A DNA stretch of 64,000 bases from Octopus sinensis (GCF_006345805.1 NC_043005.1:66278001-66342000), one strand, 5' to 3'; positions 25,700-39,271 are shown, counted from the stretch's first letter. Notes: generated by a model not told the origin, from the letters alone. Made by a program: numbers and translations.

Positions 25700-27080
25700 T
25701 TCACACAATAACCTGGTATATGCTTGTCTCACCCGTAACAATCGCTTCAGCATACAAAAAGAACCAGAGTGAACGCTGGCACGGCTGAACAAAACCAAAC
25801 CACCCACCTTCAGATGCACACGACATCAGAACTACAGTCGCACACGTTATCGGTGCCACCCTTAAAACCATTCTTAAAAACAATATTTTAAAGTTTAATA
25901 ATTAACTATATAAACAGATGAATGGCGATACTATTGCTGAAGGGATCACCGGTGATGTTGCCAACTCCTTCATGGTATCGTGGGACAGACATTTTAAGCA
26001 GTTCCTAGCGACCAATTACATTCATTTAACTATGTACTCACAATACGTCGACGACATTAACCTTGTCGTGAAAAGAAATACACTTCTGAATACTTTACTA
26101 CAAGAAGAACAGATGATAACAACTATACAACACATAACTGACTCTATCCATAGCAGTGTAAAGGTTACTGTAGACTACCCCACAGCCCGGAAATAGACTA
26201 CATGTCATAGATACTGATCTGTGGATAGAAGATACTATGATCAACTGAACTGTTAAACCCTGTTTACTCTACTGGCACTATCATAAACCTATGGCTAATC
26301 CACTAGTAATACGTAGTGTCTCAGCGATGTCAGGTACTACCAAAAATCAACATCATCGTGGAAGACTTAAAGTAATGAGGAACGTATCCCCACTTTGCCA
26401 AACACAAGAACGACAACAACACATCCAGCTCTACATATCCCGTATGCAACGTTCCGGTTACATACAGTGTATTAGAATCAGAGTGTACAAAGGAGAGAAA
26501 ACAAGATTTGAACGCAGTCTAAGGGATGATGAAAATGGTATATGCCCACTATACAGCAACAATTTCTGGAATAGGCTGGAGAGAAACACCAAGAAAAGAA
26601 ATAAAAATAATACTTGGTATGAACGAATTAAGAAAGATATTTAAGGAAATCCTACACACAGCTGGTTTTAAGATCAAAGTAGTAGGAAATACAGGTAGGA
26701 CTATCAAATCTATGTTAAGTAAGTCATACCCATTTGATAGAATCCCGTGTCAAAATTATTTGGTAGTATGTTCTACAAACCCACATGTAAACTGTAAAAT
26801 GTAGAACAATATATACCAGATTAAGTACCAGACTCCTACATTGGTGAGACATCTAGGAGTGTCAATGATAGGTCCAAAGAACACCTGGATAACTACACTG
26901 AGAAAAATACCGAACTCCATCTTCTGTCAGCATGCTGTAGACTTCCATAATGGCTTCTTAGGGAGATTTAGGTTAGATCTCCTGTCTACACATATCACTG
27001 ATGCAATACAGAGACAAGTCACCGAAGCTGCCTGTACAGGAGTACAAACCCACCCTCAACCGCAAATCCGAATGGGATAA
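25700..27080 (+). mobile_element. Degenerate Penelope-like retroelement (RT plus GIY-YIG)
   Basis: ORF pieces GITGDVANSFMVSWDR...YSQYVDDINLV (RT YxDD), ANPLVIRSVSAM, IKVVGNTGRTIKSMLSKSYPF, then IYQIK...YIGETSRSVNDRSKEHL (GIY-YIG). Confidence 0.85.
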
Positions 27081-27405
27081 CACCCAGGTTGCACTCGGGA
27101 GTACCCGTCTATAATCACCCCTTTCTCTCATTTACATGTAGAAGTTCATGTACACGTGTTGAGATACATGATACTGATATATATATGTAATTATATATAG
27201 CTGTATGAGTGTATATAGATTTATATGTATGTGCATATGTGTTGATGCATGCGTATATAGCGTGTGTGTGTATATGTATGTGTGTAAGAGTATATGAGTG
27301 TGTATATGCATATACGTATATGTACGTATATATATATATGTAAATCAACAGAATGAGATAAAAATCCAAGGCTGTGAAAGATTTCAGAATATTTATAAAT
27401 AGAAA

Positions 27406-27453
27406 GTCTTACAGCTGTTTCCAGGATATTTAATATATCCCTTCATCGGAGAC
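27406..27453 (-). ncRNA. Variant minimal hammerhead (CCGAUGA core)
   Basis: GTCT-CCGATGA-A-GGGATAT attaa ATATCCT-G-GAAA-CAGCTG-TA-AGAC. Palindromic stem III, GUA triplet. Confidence 0.65.
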
Positions 27454-27874
27454 GGTGTGAGAAGATAGTTAAGCAATAGTTATTGTAGATAAGATACGAA
27501 ATAGAGAGTGAAGTGGAAGAATGAAAATGGACGTGAGATATGCAGGGATATTGTACCTTCAATTCCATTATTTAAGCAGAATGATATACATATAAGATTC
27601 CAGTACCTAGTAAGTTAAAAAATAATAATAATAATAATAAACCCTCGATTCAATAACACCGTTTACAAACCCTATGATTGGAACGACCAATTTTAAATAC
27701 TACTGGAACTTACTCACAAGGGACTAGAAGCTTATATGTATACCATTCTGCCTAAATAATGGAACTGAAGATACAATATCCCTGCATATCTCACGTCTAT
27801 TTTCATTCCTCCCACTTCACTCTCTTTTTCATATCGTATCTAGAATAACTATTGCTTGTCCATTTTCTCACACC

Positions 27875-27922
27875 GTCACCGATGAAGGGATATATAAAAT
27901 ATCCCGGAAACAGCTGTAAGAC
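27875..27922 (+). ncRNA. Variant minimal hammerhead (CCGAUGA core), inverted copy
   Basis: GTCA-CCGATGA-A-GGGATAT ataaa ATATCCC-G-GAAA-CAGCTG-TA-AGAC. One stem I mismatch. Confidence 0.6.
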
Positions 27923-28375
27923 CTTCTATTTATAAATGTTCTGAAATCTTTCACATCCTTGGACTTTTATCTCATTCTGTGAATTTTTTTTATATACACA
28001 TGCTGATATGTGATCTACGTTGGACTCCTCATTTGCATAATCACCGAATCTGAGCTTAACTATAGTCTGTCCATAGCACTTACTCAGCATTACCTGACAC
28101 CTTTGGGTCTTCTTGACACCATTACCTCTCATAACCCCTCTCTCTCTCTCTCTCTCCATTTATATATAAGAGATAATAGTGTCATTGAGACCCAAAGGTG
28201 TCAGGTAATGCTGAATAAGTGCTATAGCCAGACCATAGTTAAGTTCCAGATTCGGTAATATTGCGAATAAAGGGTTCAACGTTGGTTCCATGTCACCATG
28301 AGTATATAAGAATTTTATGCGTAATAAGATAAAAAACCAAGGCTGTATAGATATTAGCGCATTTATATATAGAGG

Positions 28376-28427
28376 GTCTTACAGCTGTTTCTAGGATATT
28401 AATTAATAATATCCCTTCATCGGAGAC
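28376..28427 (-). ncRNA. Variant minimal hammerhead (CCGAUGA core), third copy
   Basis: GTCT-CCGATGA-A-GGGATATT...AATATCCT-A-GAAA-CAGCTG-TA-AGAC. Confidence 0.6.
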
Positions 28428-29116
28428 GGTGTGAGAGGAAACTTAAGTCCTAGTTAGTTTTGATGCGATAAAAAATTGAGAGTGAGGTGGAGGAGAGAAA
28501 ATAGATGTAAGATATGTATGGGTGTTGAAGTTGTAAATCCGTTTTATAGGCATAATGGTATATATGCAATATTCCAATATCCTTTGAGTAAAATCCAAAA
28601 GTCCAACAGAGTTTAATATGAGTCCTTCCAAATATAAAGTGTTTATAAGCAATGTAAGATTCCCTTATGAGTGAGATCCAGCAGATTTTAAAACTTGGTC
28701 GTTCCCAGTAGGACATTTATATACAGTATTGCTGAGTCAAAGGTTTGTATTTGAAATGACCTAGAAATAGGGAGTGTATTAGTATGGTTAAATTGAAAAC
28801 AGAAGAGAGGAATAAAATAAGGGGAAAAAAAGGAAGGGAAAAAAAAGAAGAGAGAAAGAAAAAAAATGAAAGACAAAGGAGAGAGAAGATTAGTAAAAAT
28901 AACAAAATAATAAAAATAATAATAATAAAAGATAAAAAATAAAGTTATATATACAACTTGAACAGACACACATGTCAGTACATAAACATACATTTACATG
29001 TAGATACACGTTTACACACATGCAGACACGTCTGCACGCTTAGATACGCAAATGCTCACATACATACGTACATACATACATGCATACATACATACATACA
29101 TACATACATACATACA

Positions 29117-29147
<31 letters not shown>

Positions 29148-29649
29148 CATGAACCAACTGTTACTCTTTCAGATGCAGCGCCAAGTTTTGTCAGTGAGCA
29201 GAACGCGGTTTCAAATCGACGAAAATATTTTGACACAAATGAAAATTAAATGGTCATATATATATATATACATACATATATATATATAAATACATACATA
29301 CATGCATACATACATACATACATATATACATACATACATACATACATACACACAATACACACACATAGACACACATACATATATACATCTACGTTATATC
29401 TGTCTATCTATCTATCTATCTATCACACACACACACTCTCTCTCTCTCTCTCTCTTATATATATAAATTATTATTTCCTAATCTCTTTCCAACATAATGT
29501 GGCAGTCCTGATTAGGACGAATGTTACTGTTATTTAACCCGGAAACATCGTCCCCGGATGGCTATCGACACACTATCTGCACATATTATAATACAGCATT
29601 AAACATTTTAATAGCAAAGAAAATTTTCACTGAGTTCTTCTGTACTTAC

Positions 29650-29676
29650 CGGTCGTTGCTCCTCTGGAAATTGAGC
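29650..29676 (-). CDS. Candidate 27-nt microexon (phase 1: xSISRGATT)
   Basis: gtattttctctcgttccag|GCTCAATTTCCAGAGGAGCAACGACCG|gtaagt. Consensus splice sites; length divisible by 3. Confidence 0.55.
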
Positions 29677-29970
29677 CTGGAACGAGAGAAAATACTTTCA
29701 TTATTTTTTACTCATAGCAATAGACATACAGTTATGTAGACAAATACTCGCAAACATTTATCAACACATGCGCATGCACCGATCTACATATATACATATG
29801 CACATTATGTATTTGTTTTTTCATTATTCAGTTTTATTTTAAGATTTCTTGGCAATAGAGAAAGAGCTGATTTCTAACCTAGATCCAAAGCTTCTTCATT
29901 GGAATTTCCACGTCGACAACAGTATGCACATATACATGCATTTAAGTGTGTGTGTCTGTCTGTCTGTCAG

Positions 29971-30053
<83 letters not shown>

Positions 30054-30197
30054 GTCTATAGCTAACCACGACACCACGTGACCTTCCTCGATCAATCGCA
30101 CCCCACCTTACGGTAATAAACAACTTCTGTCATTCAAAATCAAAATGGCTAACGATTAGCATCTCGCTTGAAACTCAATTTACCAACGAATTTGAAT

Positions 30198-30251
<54 letters not shown>

Positions 30252-30639
30252 GTGTGTGTATGTGAAAGTGAGAGAGAGAGAGGCATGTGGCCTAGTGTTT
30301 AAGGTGTTTGAAAGCACTGTCAACAGGTTGTGGTCTTGGTTCACACACAGGTGATGCATTACATTCTGGTGCAAAAAAATTCAACTTACGTTGCTCTACG
30401 ATCACTTCGACACCCGATGTGTGGTACACTGTGCACCTGTACAAGCAGCATCGATTTAACGTACAGTACAAATATTTGATCACTTAAACAAATCTTCTGT
30501 GTAGTTTGTTAAGCTCTTATTCGCTGAGCAGATTTTTCACTTTCTCTCAGCACTATTGACTATGAATTACATTTTGAATTATAACGTTCCTTAGATATAT
30601 ACTAATAAAGTATTGAAACATACACATACTCTTTACTCT

Positions 30640-31047
30640 TTTTACTCTTTTACTTGTTTCAGTCATTTGACTGCGGCCATGCTGGAGCACCGCCTTTAGT
30701 CGAGCAAATCAACCCCGGGACTTATTCTTTGTAAGCCTAGTACTTATTCTATCGGTCTTTTTTTGCCGAACCGCTAAGTGACGGGGACGTAAACACACCA
30801 GCATCGGTTGTCAAGCAATGCTAGGGGGGCAAACACAGACACACAAGCATATACACACACACTTATATATATATATACATATATACGACAGGCTTCTTTC
30901 AGTTTCCGTCTACCAAATCCACTCACAAGGCATTGGTCGGCCCGGGGCTATAGCAGAAGACACTTGCCCAAGATGCCACGCAGTGGGACTGAACCCGGAA
31001 CCATGTGGTTGGTTAGCAAGCTACTTACCACACAGTCACTCCTGCGG
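30640..31047 (-). mobile_element. CORE-type SINE family B
   Basis: Full-length match to the other family-B copies. Confidence 0.85.
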
Positions 31048-31089
31048 TTTCTTTTTTACATACCCAAGTATTTTCCCCATTTCTGTTTT

Positions 31090-31490
31090 AGGAGTGGATA
31101 GCCACAACAAGACACCTGGCATTCCATTCATTTCCCAGCTCAAAGAGGCGCTCCCCGTCCTCTGTTCGGATTGAGGCATAGAACACAAACCCCAATATCA
31201 GCAGCGAGGCCCATCAGCATAGGCTGGTTTACCCCCGCCGCATCATGTTGTTCCGTACCCCTTTGAGCAACATGAAATTCAATCATCCGTCTACAAACAC
31301 TCTCCAAGCTTTCCTATCGATTATAAACTCTCTTGCCTCTCTCACTCCAACACCTTTAACCACTAAAACTTTCCTCACTCCATCCCTCCACACAAACCGA
31401 GATCTGCCTATGGTTCTGCTATCTACCACTTCTGCCTTCATCACCCTCTTTACCACCCTCTCCATGTGGCCAAACCACCTCAACATTCGT
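31090..31490 (-). mobile_element. RTE-clade LINE 3' end
   Basis: ORF 31283-31486 LRWFGHMER..VKRVMKAEVVDSRTIGRSRFVWRDGV...DRKAWR matches the RTE C-terminus. Confidence 0.8.
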
Positions 31491-32076
31491 GTATATATAT
31501 TAGGTTAACCTTGTGTTAAGACAAAAAGGTTAACACATAAAGTACACACACATAAAAGCGTACACATATATTCATATGTATATCCCTGTGTGTAATTTCT
31601 GTATGTCCTCATGTTAAAAATGTCTTTATAAAAATACTGGCAATTATGATTTCAACTCGCATATCTGCTAAGTTTTCAAAATAAAAGTTAGACTGGGAGA
31701 AAGAAAGGAAGGAATACATTGAGAGTAAGAGAGAGTGAGAGTGAGAGTGAGCAAGAATTAAGAGAAAATCATCATTATCTCACCTGTACATTAGATCTAA
31801 TGATAGATATATGTAGTATTATCCAAAGGGCTAGATCATCAATTGTTACATTCGCGGTGAATATGTTAAAAAAACAAAACAACAACAACAAATAAACGAA
31901 AACAAAACAAATATCACTCAATATAGTAACGTGGGAGTTAAGAATGGAAGGTAAGCTACTAAGCTAGAAAAAGACTATCATATTTTCATTATTTAATAGA
32001 AGGTGCCTAAAGCAAACTGTTCCAGATTGCTATCAAACTGCATTGTGATATGGGAAAATAATGTTTATAAAATATA

Positions 32077-32163
<87 letters not shown>

Positions 32164-32217
32164 AGAGTGTGTTTGTGAGTGTGTGTATATATATATATAT
32201 ATATAATATATATATAG

Positions 32218-32490
32218 TGAAGGCGCATGGTTTAATGTTTAAGGTGTTGCACTCATGATTGCGAGATCGGGGGTTCGATTCCGAGACCGGGCGTTGCGTT
32301 GTGTTCTTGAGAAAAGCACTTCATTTCACGTTGTTCTGTAATCATTTCAAAACCTTACGTGTAGCACCCAGTTGCACACCTATACAGGTAATGTCGATTT
32401 GATGGAGGGAGTGAGTGAGCTTATGTCTACAAAAACATTTGATCACTATAATCAAATTATCTGTGAGGTTGTTCGGTAAGAAACTATCGA
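32218..32490 (+). mobile_element. tRNA-headed SINE family D (older copy at 30280-30510)
   Basis: Head GGCGCATGGTTTAATGTTTAAGG...GGGGGTTCGATTCC. Shares ATTTGATCACT(A/T)AA with 30475-30490. Confidence 0.65.
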
Positions 32491-32774
32491 ATCCTCATAC
32501 GTCGTCTAATGACTGGAGAGTCCATTATATGATATATATATATATTGTATATGTACATACATATACACATATTCATATATATTATACATATTCTTATTTT
32601 TTATCTTTTTACCTGTTCCAGTCAATATACTGTACCCATTCTGGGACACGGCACTCCAATGAATCGACCCTAGTACTTACTTTTTTAAAACTAAATTTAT
32701 ATTTTTTGGCCGAACCGCTAAGTGACGAGACGTTAAACAAACCAGCCGGTGGCAGTGGGGAAACAGATACAATG

Positions 32775-32825
<51 letters not shown>

Positions 32826-32835
32826 ATATATGTAA

Positions 32836-34014
32836 TACTAGCATTATGACCCGTCGTTGCCGGGTCATAGTGCTAGTGCATGTATATATGTGTATATATA
32901 TGTGTACATATTACATGTACATCTATATATATATACATCTAAACAAAATACAAAACACAAACTTATATCTTGATATAGCTAGTGATAACAATACTGAAAA
33001 TATATAACAGACTGGAATTGTTAGCCCGTCTCTTGCAATTTAGATCAATTGTATCTTGTCCTCCCTCTTGTATAGAAGTGTGACTACAATCCAGCCTACC
33101 TCTACTGCTGGGTGGGTGGGGTGGGGGGCATTTTAATTTTTATCCGGTACGTCCTACGATCCAGATATACAGGCAAAAATAAAATATTTCCACTTTGCAA
33201 GTTCGAGTCGAGTACTCCCTTGCACGCTCCGTTGACTCGAACCTTGCTTCTAATGTGGCGAATTTACCGCCTCTGGTTAGATATCTTTCATAGTCGCACC
33301 AAGACAGTTTTCGATGGTGCTTTCCTCCAGGTGTTCAAATCTTTTTTCTCTACATTGTATACTTTATAGGCAATATTCTTTTCTTTGATTGAATTTTTTT
33401 TTATCCATCTGGACTATTCCATTTCTGCACGCTAATTTTATCTTTAATTTATCCCCATTCATGTGAAACCACTTATTCAAGTTTAAGGCATTTTATACTA
33501 ATTGCTATTTTTACTTTTGTTATGTTACGATTACATTATACTTTAGTTTGATTTTAATTATTACTTACAACATATAATTCAATTGTTATTATTTTTATTG
33601 TTAAAGTGAAAGTATCTGACAAAATAGAGAAATGTTTTTGTTTCACTTTTAACACGTAATACTGAAATCGTGGAGAAGATATGATATTGCTATGGACTCA
33701 CTCTAGGCAAGAAGTTGAACATTGTTTTTGCCCATGAAACTACATGGACCCTAAGTAAGGCATGTGTAAAATTTGAATGAAATTGGTTGTGTAGTTCTCA
33801 AGTTTTAGGGAATCGTAGTGGAGATGATATAATATTGCTGTGGGCTCGCCCTAGGCAAAAAGTTAAAAGATTTTTTTGCCGATAACACTCCCCGGACCCT
33901 AAGTAAGGCATGTGTAAAATTTGAATGAAATTGATTGTGTAGTTCTCAAGTTTTAGGGAAACACACAGACAGACAGACAGACACCCATTCCCAGTTATAT
34001 ATATATATATATAT
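32836..34014 (+). mobile_element. Putative non-autonomous Helitron-like element
   Basis: Starts TACTAGC with a 17-bp hairpin (32837-32877). Carries a 148-bp tandem duplication (copies anchored at 33746 and 33894). Ends AAATTTGAATGAAATTG..TAGTT..(ACAG)n..TTATATA, the layout of known non-autonomous Helitron-type repeats. Confidence 0.45.
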
Positions 34015-34163
34015 AACTTTTCCTACCCGAAATGCAATTCGAAGAAGCCTGCCATTTACCGGATGTATTATATGTAAACTTCCCCATGTGCTTCGTTGGG
34101 GTTCAACAGTTAGCTGTTTGGCTTCGACGAGACAGGTCGTTTATTTATGATGCGTTCAGAACC

Positions 34164-34212
34164 AGTCTTGCTGATGAGTACGTAAGTACGAAATCACAGG
34201 TGATACAAGACT
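34164..34212 (+). ncRNA. Canonical type I hammerhead ribozyme motif
   Basis: AGTCTTG-CTGATGA-GTAC gtaa GTAC-GAAA-TCAC ag GTGA-TA-CAAGACT. All core nucleotides present, 7-bp stem I, predicted cleavage after 34205. Confidence 0.85.
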
Positions 34213-34333
34213 AAATTCATTTTTTAAATGTCTTGCTTTGAAAGAATTGCATTTGGGTAGGATTAGTAAAATTTTTGGTAGAAATGACTAATGTCCCTCT
34301 TAGCGTGTGGCATGTATGTATAATAATGCCCTC

Positions 34334-34378
<45 letters not shown>

Positions 34379-34621
34379 TATAGGGTGGAATATAATTAAT
34401 TTAATAACATCAACAAATTTCACCTAGTAGTATTTCGGTATGGAAAAGGACCATATTCGGTAAAAACTTATATAATTATAACAATAAGGGTTTTTTTGCA
34501 ACATTTTGCTTAACCACATACCGAAAATTTTAGAAATACCAGCCAAAGGTCTGCTATTTCCTTTTACTACAAATATATGCCTCCACAGACAACAATATTG
34601 TTATCTGTGGAGACATATTTT

Positions 34622-34662
<41 letters not shown>

Positions 34663-34967
34663 GGTTTTGTATGATTGTGTATAGCGGGATATATATTATT
34701 CAAAGGAATTCCAACTACGTCTGTTTTTATGCTTTATTTATATTCTTTATAATATTAACGTAGAATATAGAATATATAGTATAAATAGTATATATAGTAA
34801 AATGAAATGAAATATTGATTGCCTTATTGAATAGATGAAATATTGAATATCAAATATTAAGGGACTAGTATACTTTCTTGCATTTACGCAGTCTTCAAGG
34901 TCCCAGGTTGTGACAGGAATATTTCAACACACACACACACACACACACACATACACACACACACATA

Positions 34968-35007
<40 letters not shown>

Positions 35008-35195
35008 TACATATGTGTGTGTATGTGTGTGATGTGTTTCATTCAGTTTACCTCTGTCAAATCCACTCACTAGAATTTGGGCATTCTGAAGCTATAATAG
35101 AAAACACTTGGCCAAGGTGATTCATACTACGACTGAATACAGAACAATGTATTTGGGAAGCAAGCTTTTTTACTACATAGCCACGCCTGACCCTA

Positions 35196-35245
<50 letters not shown>

Positions 35246-35979
35246 ATATATATATAATATATATATAATATATATATATATTTATTTATTTATTGCCCAC
35301 AGGGTGCTAAACATAGAGGGGATGAATAAGGACAGACAAAGGGATTAAGTCGATTACATCGACTCCAGCGCGTAACTGGTACTTATTTAATCGAACCCGA
35401 AAGGATGAAAGGCAAAGTCGACCTCGGCAGAATTTGAACTCATATATATATATACATGGCATGCATGATATACCTGATATGATGGCAGACTACCCATCAC
35501 CGTGAAGTTCATCACTGATCATCGTCCCTGCAAAATTTCAGCAATGCTTGTGCATGAGGTTATTGCACCCACGTTCGGCCTCACGCAGGTTAGCGGCCGT
35601 AGTTTTTTTCTTGCACGTCACGTGACTATTCTACTCGACTGTGCATCGGAAGTCGTCTCAACGGTAATTGCACAGCCCAAAATTTTAGGTATAATGAGGC
35701 TTGCGTAACACCATCCAGGGCCTCTCCACCTTATTGATTCTAGATGCATACACAAATTTAGTCAATAGAGATTTCTCATTAACACCTGTCCATTACGTCC
35801 TAACGTTCAACTAAAATACCATCAAACTGAACCCCATATACCTGACAAAAAATTTATCACAATTTTATAAAGCTAATATTAACTTGAATACATTACAGTC
35901 CAACGATAACCTAGCAGGACGAAACTTCAAAGTCACTGTTGATGTTATTCTTGTTAAAGAATTATGCACACACACACAA

Positions 35980-36013
<34 letters not shown>

Positions 36014-36208
36014 CACACACATATATGAACATATATTTATATATATATATGTACATATATATATATTTACATATATATATATATATGTCTGAATATATAT
36101 GTGTGTGTGTATATATATATGTACAGATATGAAAGCATATATACAGATATGTATATATATATATATATATATAGATAAGAAAGTTTGTTTGGTAAAGCAC
36201 GTGGGTGA

Positions 36209-36501
36209 ATATATAAGAAAATAGTAAAGTGTGAAAAAACGACAGAAGGCTTAAATGTTAAAAAATATATATATTTGTGTCAAAATGTCTGGAGAATATT
36301 GGAAAAATTTTTTTCCTTTCCTTAAAATGACATAATTTTAAAATTTTTAAAGAAATTACCGGTTTCGCGTGTAGCTTTTCAAATTTCTTGTGACGTTATG
36401 TTTATATTGTATGGAATTATCGTTGTTTTTATTTCCAGGAGATTTCTAAATAAGGGGAGGTAGTGAGTGATTTTTTCCGGTGTAGGGGAGATAATCGCTT
36501 A

Positions 36502-36533
<32 letters not shown>

Positions 36534-38405
36534 CTATTTCCTTGTTAATTTCTCTGTGTCAGTATGTTCGGATGGTTGAGTCTGGGTTTGTACTTTTCAA
36601 TGAAGAATGTTTCCTTGTTCAGTCTCATTTGTGTTGATGATCCGAAAGCACATTGGTAAAATGGGAAGATTAAAAATTGTGGCAGTAGTTGCTTTGCGCA
36701 TTTCTCAATGTGCTCACTAAAAGGTATCATTCTATATTCTGGGAATGCAATCTGTTGTCGATGCAGTGTGCATCTGCGCCTGAGTGATAGTCCCGTGGAA
36801 CCCACGTAGTCTTGGTGGCAGCCCGAGCATTTAATAACATAAATTATGTTTTCAGAGGCACAAGTAAAGTTAGATTTGATCTTAAATTTCTGTCCCTCTT
36901 TAAAGAAGAATTCTGATCCTTCCAATAGGTTAGGACATGTTGCACAGTTCGATCTACCACATTTTTTACTTTTGCATCCGTAATTTTAGAAGACAATTTT
37001 GCCTTTGTGAGAATCTTTTTAAGTGATTTAGGCTGTTTGTAGCTTTTAATGATTTGGTGTATGTTTAGAATTTCTTTATTAATTTGGGTTTTTATGAAGT
37101 ATTGGTAAATTCTGGGTGATGATGGTGAAGGCTTCTTTGTTTCTGGGGTTGTATGTAGATATGTAAGGTAGTATTTTCGGGGAAGGTGTTGTTGTGTTGA
37201 ACTTTTCTTAAAGTTTCTATGTTGATTTCTGTTGCACGTCTGATCCCATCCTCTATGAGTTCAGCTGGGTAATGTCTGTCAATTAGGGTGTTTTGAGTTC
37301 TTGCAGTCTAAAGTTTCTGGTATTTTGTTCTGACACTATTGTGCATATCCTTCTTGCAAGGTTGAAGGGGATGTTTGTTTTAGTGTGTCTTGGGTGGCAT
37401 GAATTAAAAAGAAGGTATTGTTTGGCGTCTGTGGCTTTGTAAAAAATGTCTGTTTCTATTTTAAGGTTAATTTTTTTAATTAGTATATCCAAGAACGGGA
37501 GCTCCTTTTGGTTGTATTCCATTGTGAACTGTATATTTGGGTTTATGCTGTTCAATAGGTTTTTAAATTTTAGGAGTTTATCTATGTTTTCATTCCAGAG
37601 AATGAAACAATCGTCTAGGAATCGTTTCCAATTCTCTTTTATGTATTGAGAGAGGAGTTTCCAAAGATTGATAGAGATTCCTGGTAAATGATTATTTCCA
37701 TGTATCCATTGTTAAGTTCGCAATGACTGGTGCTGCCCTTGTACCCATAGCAATTCCGGATTTTTGACGGTAAAATGTATTGTCAAACATGAAGTGGTTA
37801 TTGTGTAGGATGAATTCAATTGATTTAGTAATGAATTCCTTACTGATCCTTTTTGGTATTTCTTCCGGAAATTGGTCTAACCAGAATTGTATTGCCTCCA
37901 GTCCATAATTATGAGGTATACTGGTATACAAGTTGACTACATCAAATGAAACCAGGATTGTTTCTTCCTTGGTTTTTTTTGGAAGGTGGTTTAACATATC
38001 TAAGTCATCTCTGATATGGCTATCGATATGTTTAAGGAAGGGTTTCAAGAGGATGTCCATAAGTAGACTTAGTCTGTGTGTTTCACAGGTTGGCCAGCTA
38101 CAATGGGTCGTAGTTTTAGGTCCCCCGGATTGGGTGTGTGTATGTATGTCTTTGGTGATTTTTTAATGGTTTCATTTATAATTTGACTTTTATGAATTTT
38201 TGGCAGACCATAAGAAAAGGCTAGGTTTGCATTTAAAGTTTGTTAGGAAATCAATCTCTTTGGTTGTCAGTTCCTTTTCATGGGTTTTAATTAGTGAAGA
38301 TAGAGTTTTCATTATTTTTTGTGGGGTGTAGTTGGTAATTTTTTCATAGTGTAGGTCTTCATCAAGCAAGGAAATTACAAGATTTCTGTAGTATGATGTA
38401 TCCAT
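36209..38405 (-). mobile_element. Young 5'-truncated Penelope-like retroelement (RT plus GIY-YIG)
   Basis: ORF pieces ILVSFDVVNLYTSIPH, GIAMGTRAAPVIANL, WKRFLDDCFILW, FTMEYNQKELPFLDI, and SENIIYVIKCSGCHQDYVGST (GIY-YIG). Few frameshifts. Confidence 0.93.
36350..36389 (-). ncRNA. Minimal hammerhead with U3-A8 core in the PLE 3' region
   Basis: AAGAAAT-TTGAAAA-GC tacac GC-GAAA-CCGG-TA-ATTTCTT. 7-bp stem I. Confidence 0.7.
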
Positions 38406-38438
38406 TTGGATACATCATACTACAGAAATCTTGTAATT

Positions 38439-39271
38439 TCATTAAAAGCTACAAACAGCCTAAATCACTTAAAAAGATTCTCACAAAGGCAAAATTGTCT
38501 TCTAAAATTACGGATGCAAAAGTAAAAAAATGTGGTAGATCGAACTGTGCAACATGTCCTAACCTATTGGAAGGATCAGAATTCTTCTTTAAAGAGGGAC
38601 AGAAATTTAAGATCAAATCTAACTTTACTTGTGCCTCTGAAAACATAATTTATGTTATTAAATGCTCGGGCTGCCACCAAGACTACGTGGGTTCCACGGG
38701 ACTATCACTCAGGCGCAGATGCACACTGCATCGACAACAGATTGCATTCCCAGAATATAGAATGATACCTTTTAGTGAGCACATTGAGAAATGCGCAAAG
38801 CAACTACTGCCACAATTTTTAATCTTCCCATTTTACCAATGTGCTTTCGGATCATCAACACAAATGAGACTGAACAAGGAAACATTCTTCATTGAAAAGT
38901 ACAACCCAGACTCAACCATCCGAACATACTGACACAGAGAAATTAACAAGGAAATAGAAAAAAAAAAAAAAAAAAAAAAAAAATTTTTAAGCGATTATCT
39001 CCCCTACACCGGAAAAAATCACTCACTACCTCCCCTTATTTAGAAATCTCCTGGAAATAAAAACAACGATAATTCCATACAATATAAACATAACGTCACA
39101 AGAAATTTGAAAAGCTACACGCGAAACCGGTAATTTCTTTAAAAATTTTAAAATTATGTCATTTTAAGGAAAGGAAAAAAATTTTTCCAATATTCTCCAG
39201 ACATTTTGACACAAATATATATATTTTTTAACATTTAAGCCTTCTGTCGTTTTTTCACACTTTACTATTTT

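Noticed and set aside
29173-29193. Plus-strand 21-nt AG..GT segment (DAAPSFV)
   Set aside because: It is isolated and on the opposite strand. It shows that microexon-like patterns arise by chance, which is why the microexon confidences are moderate.
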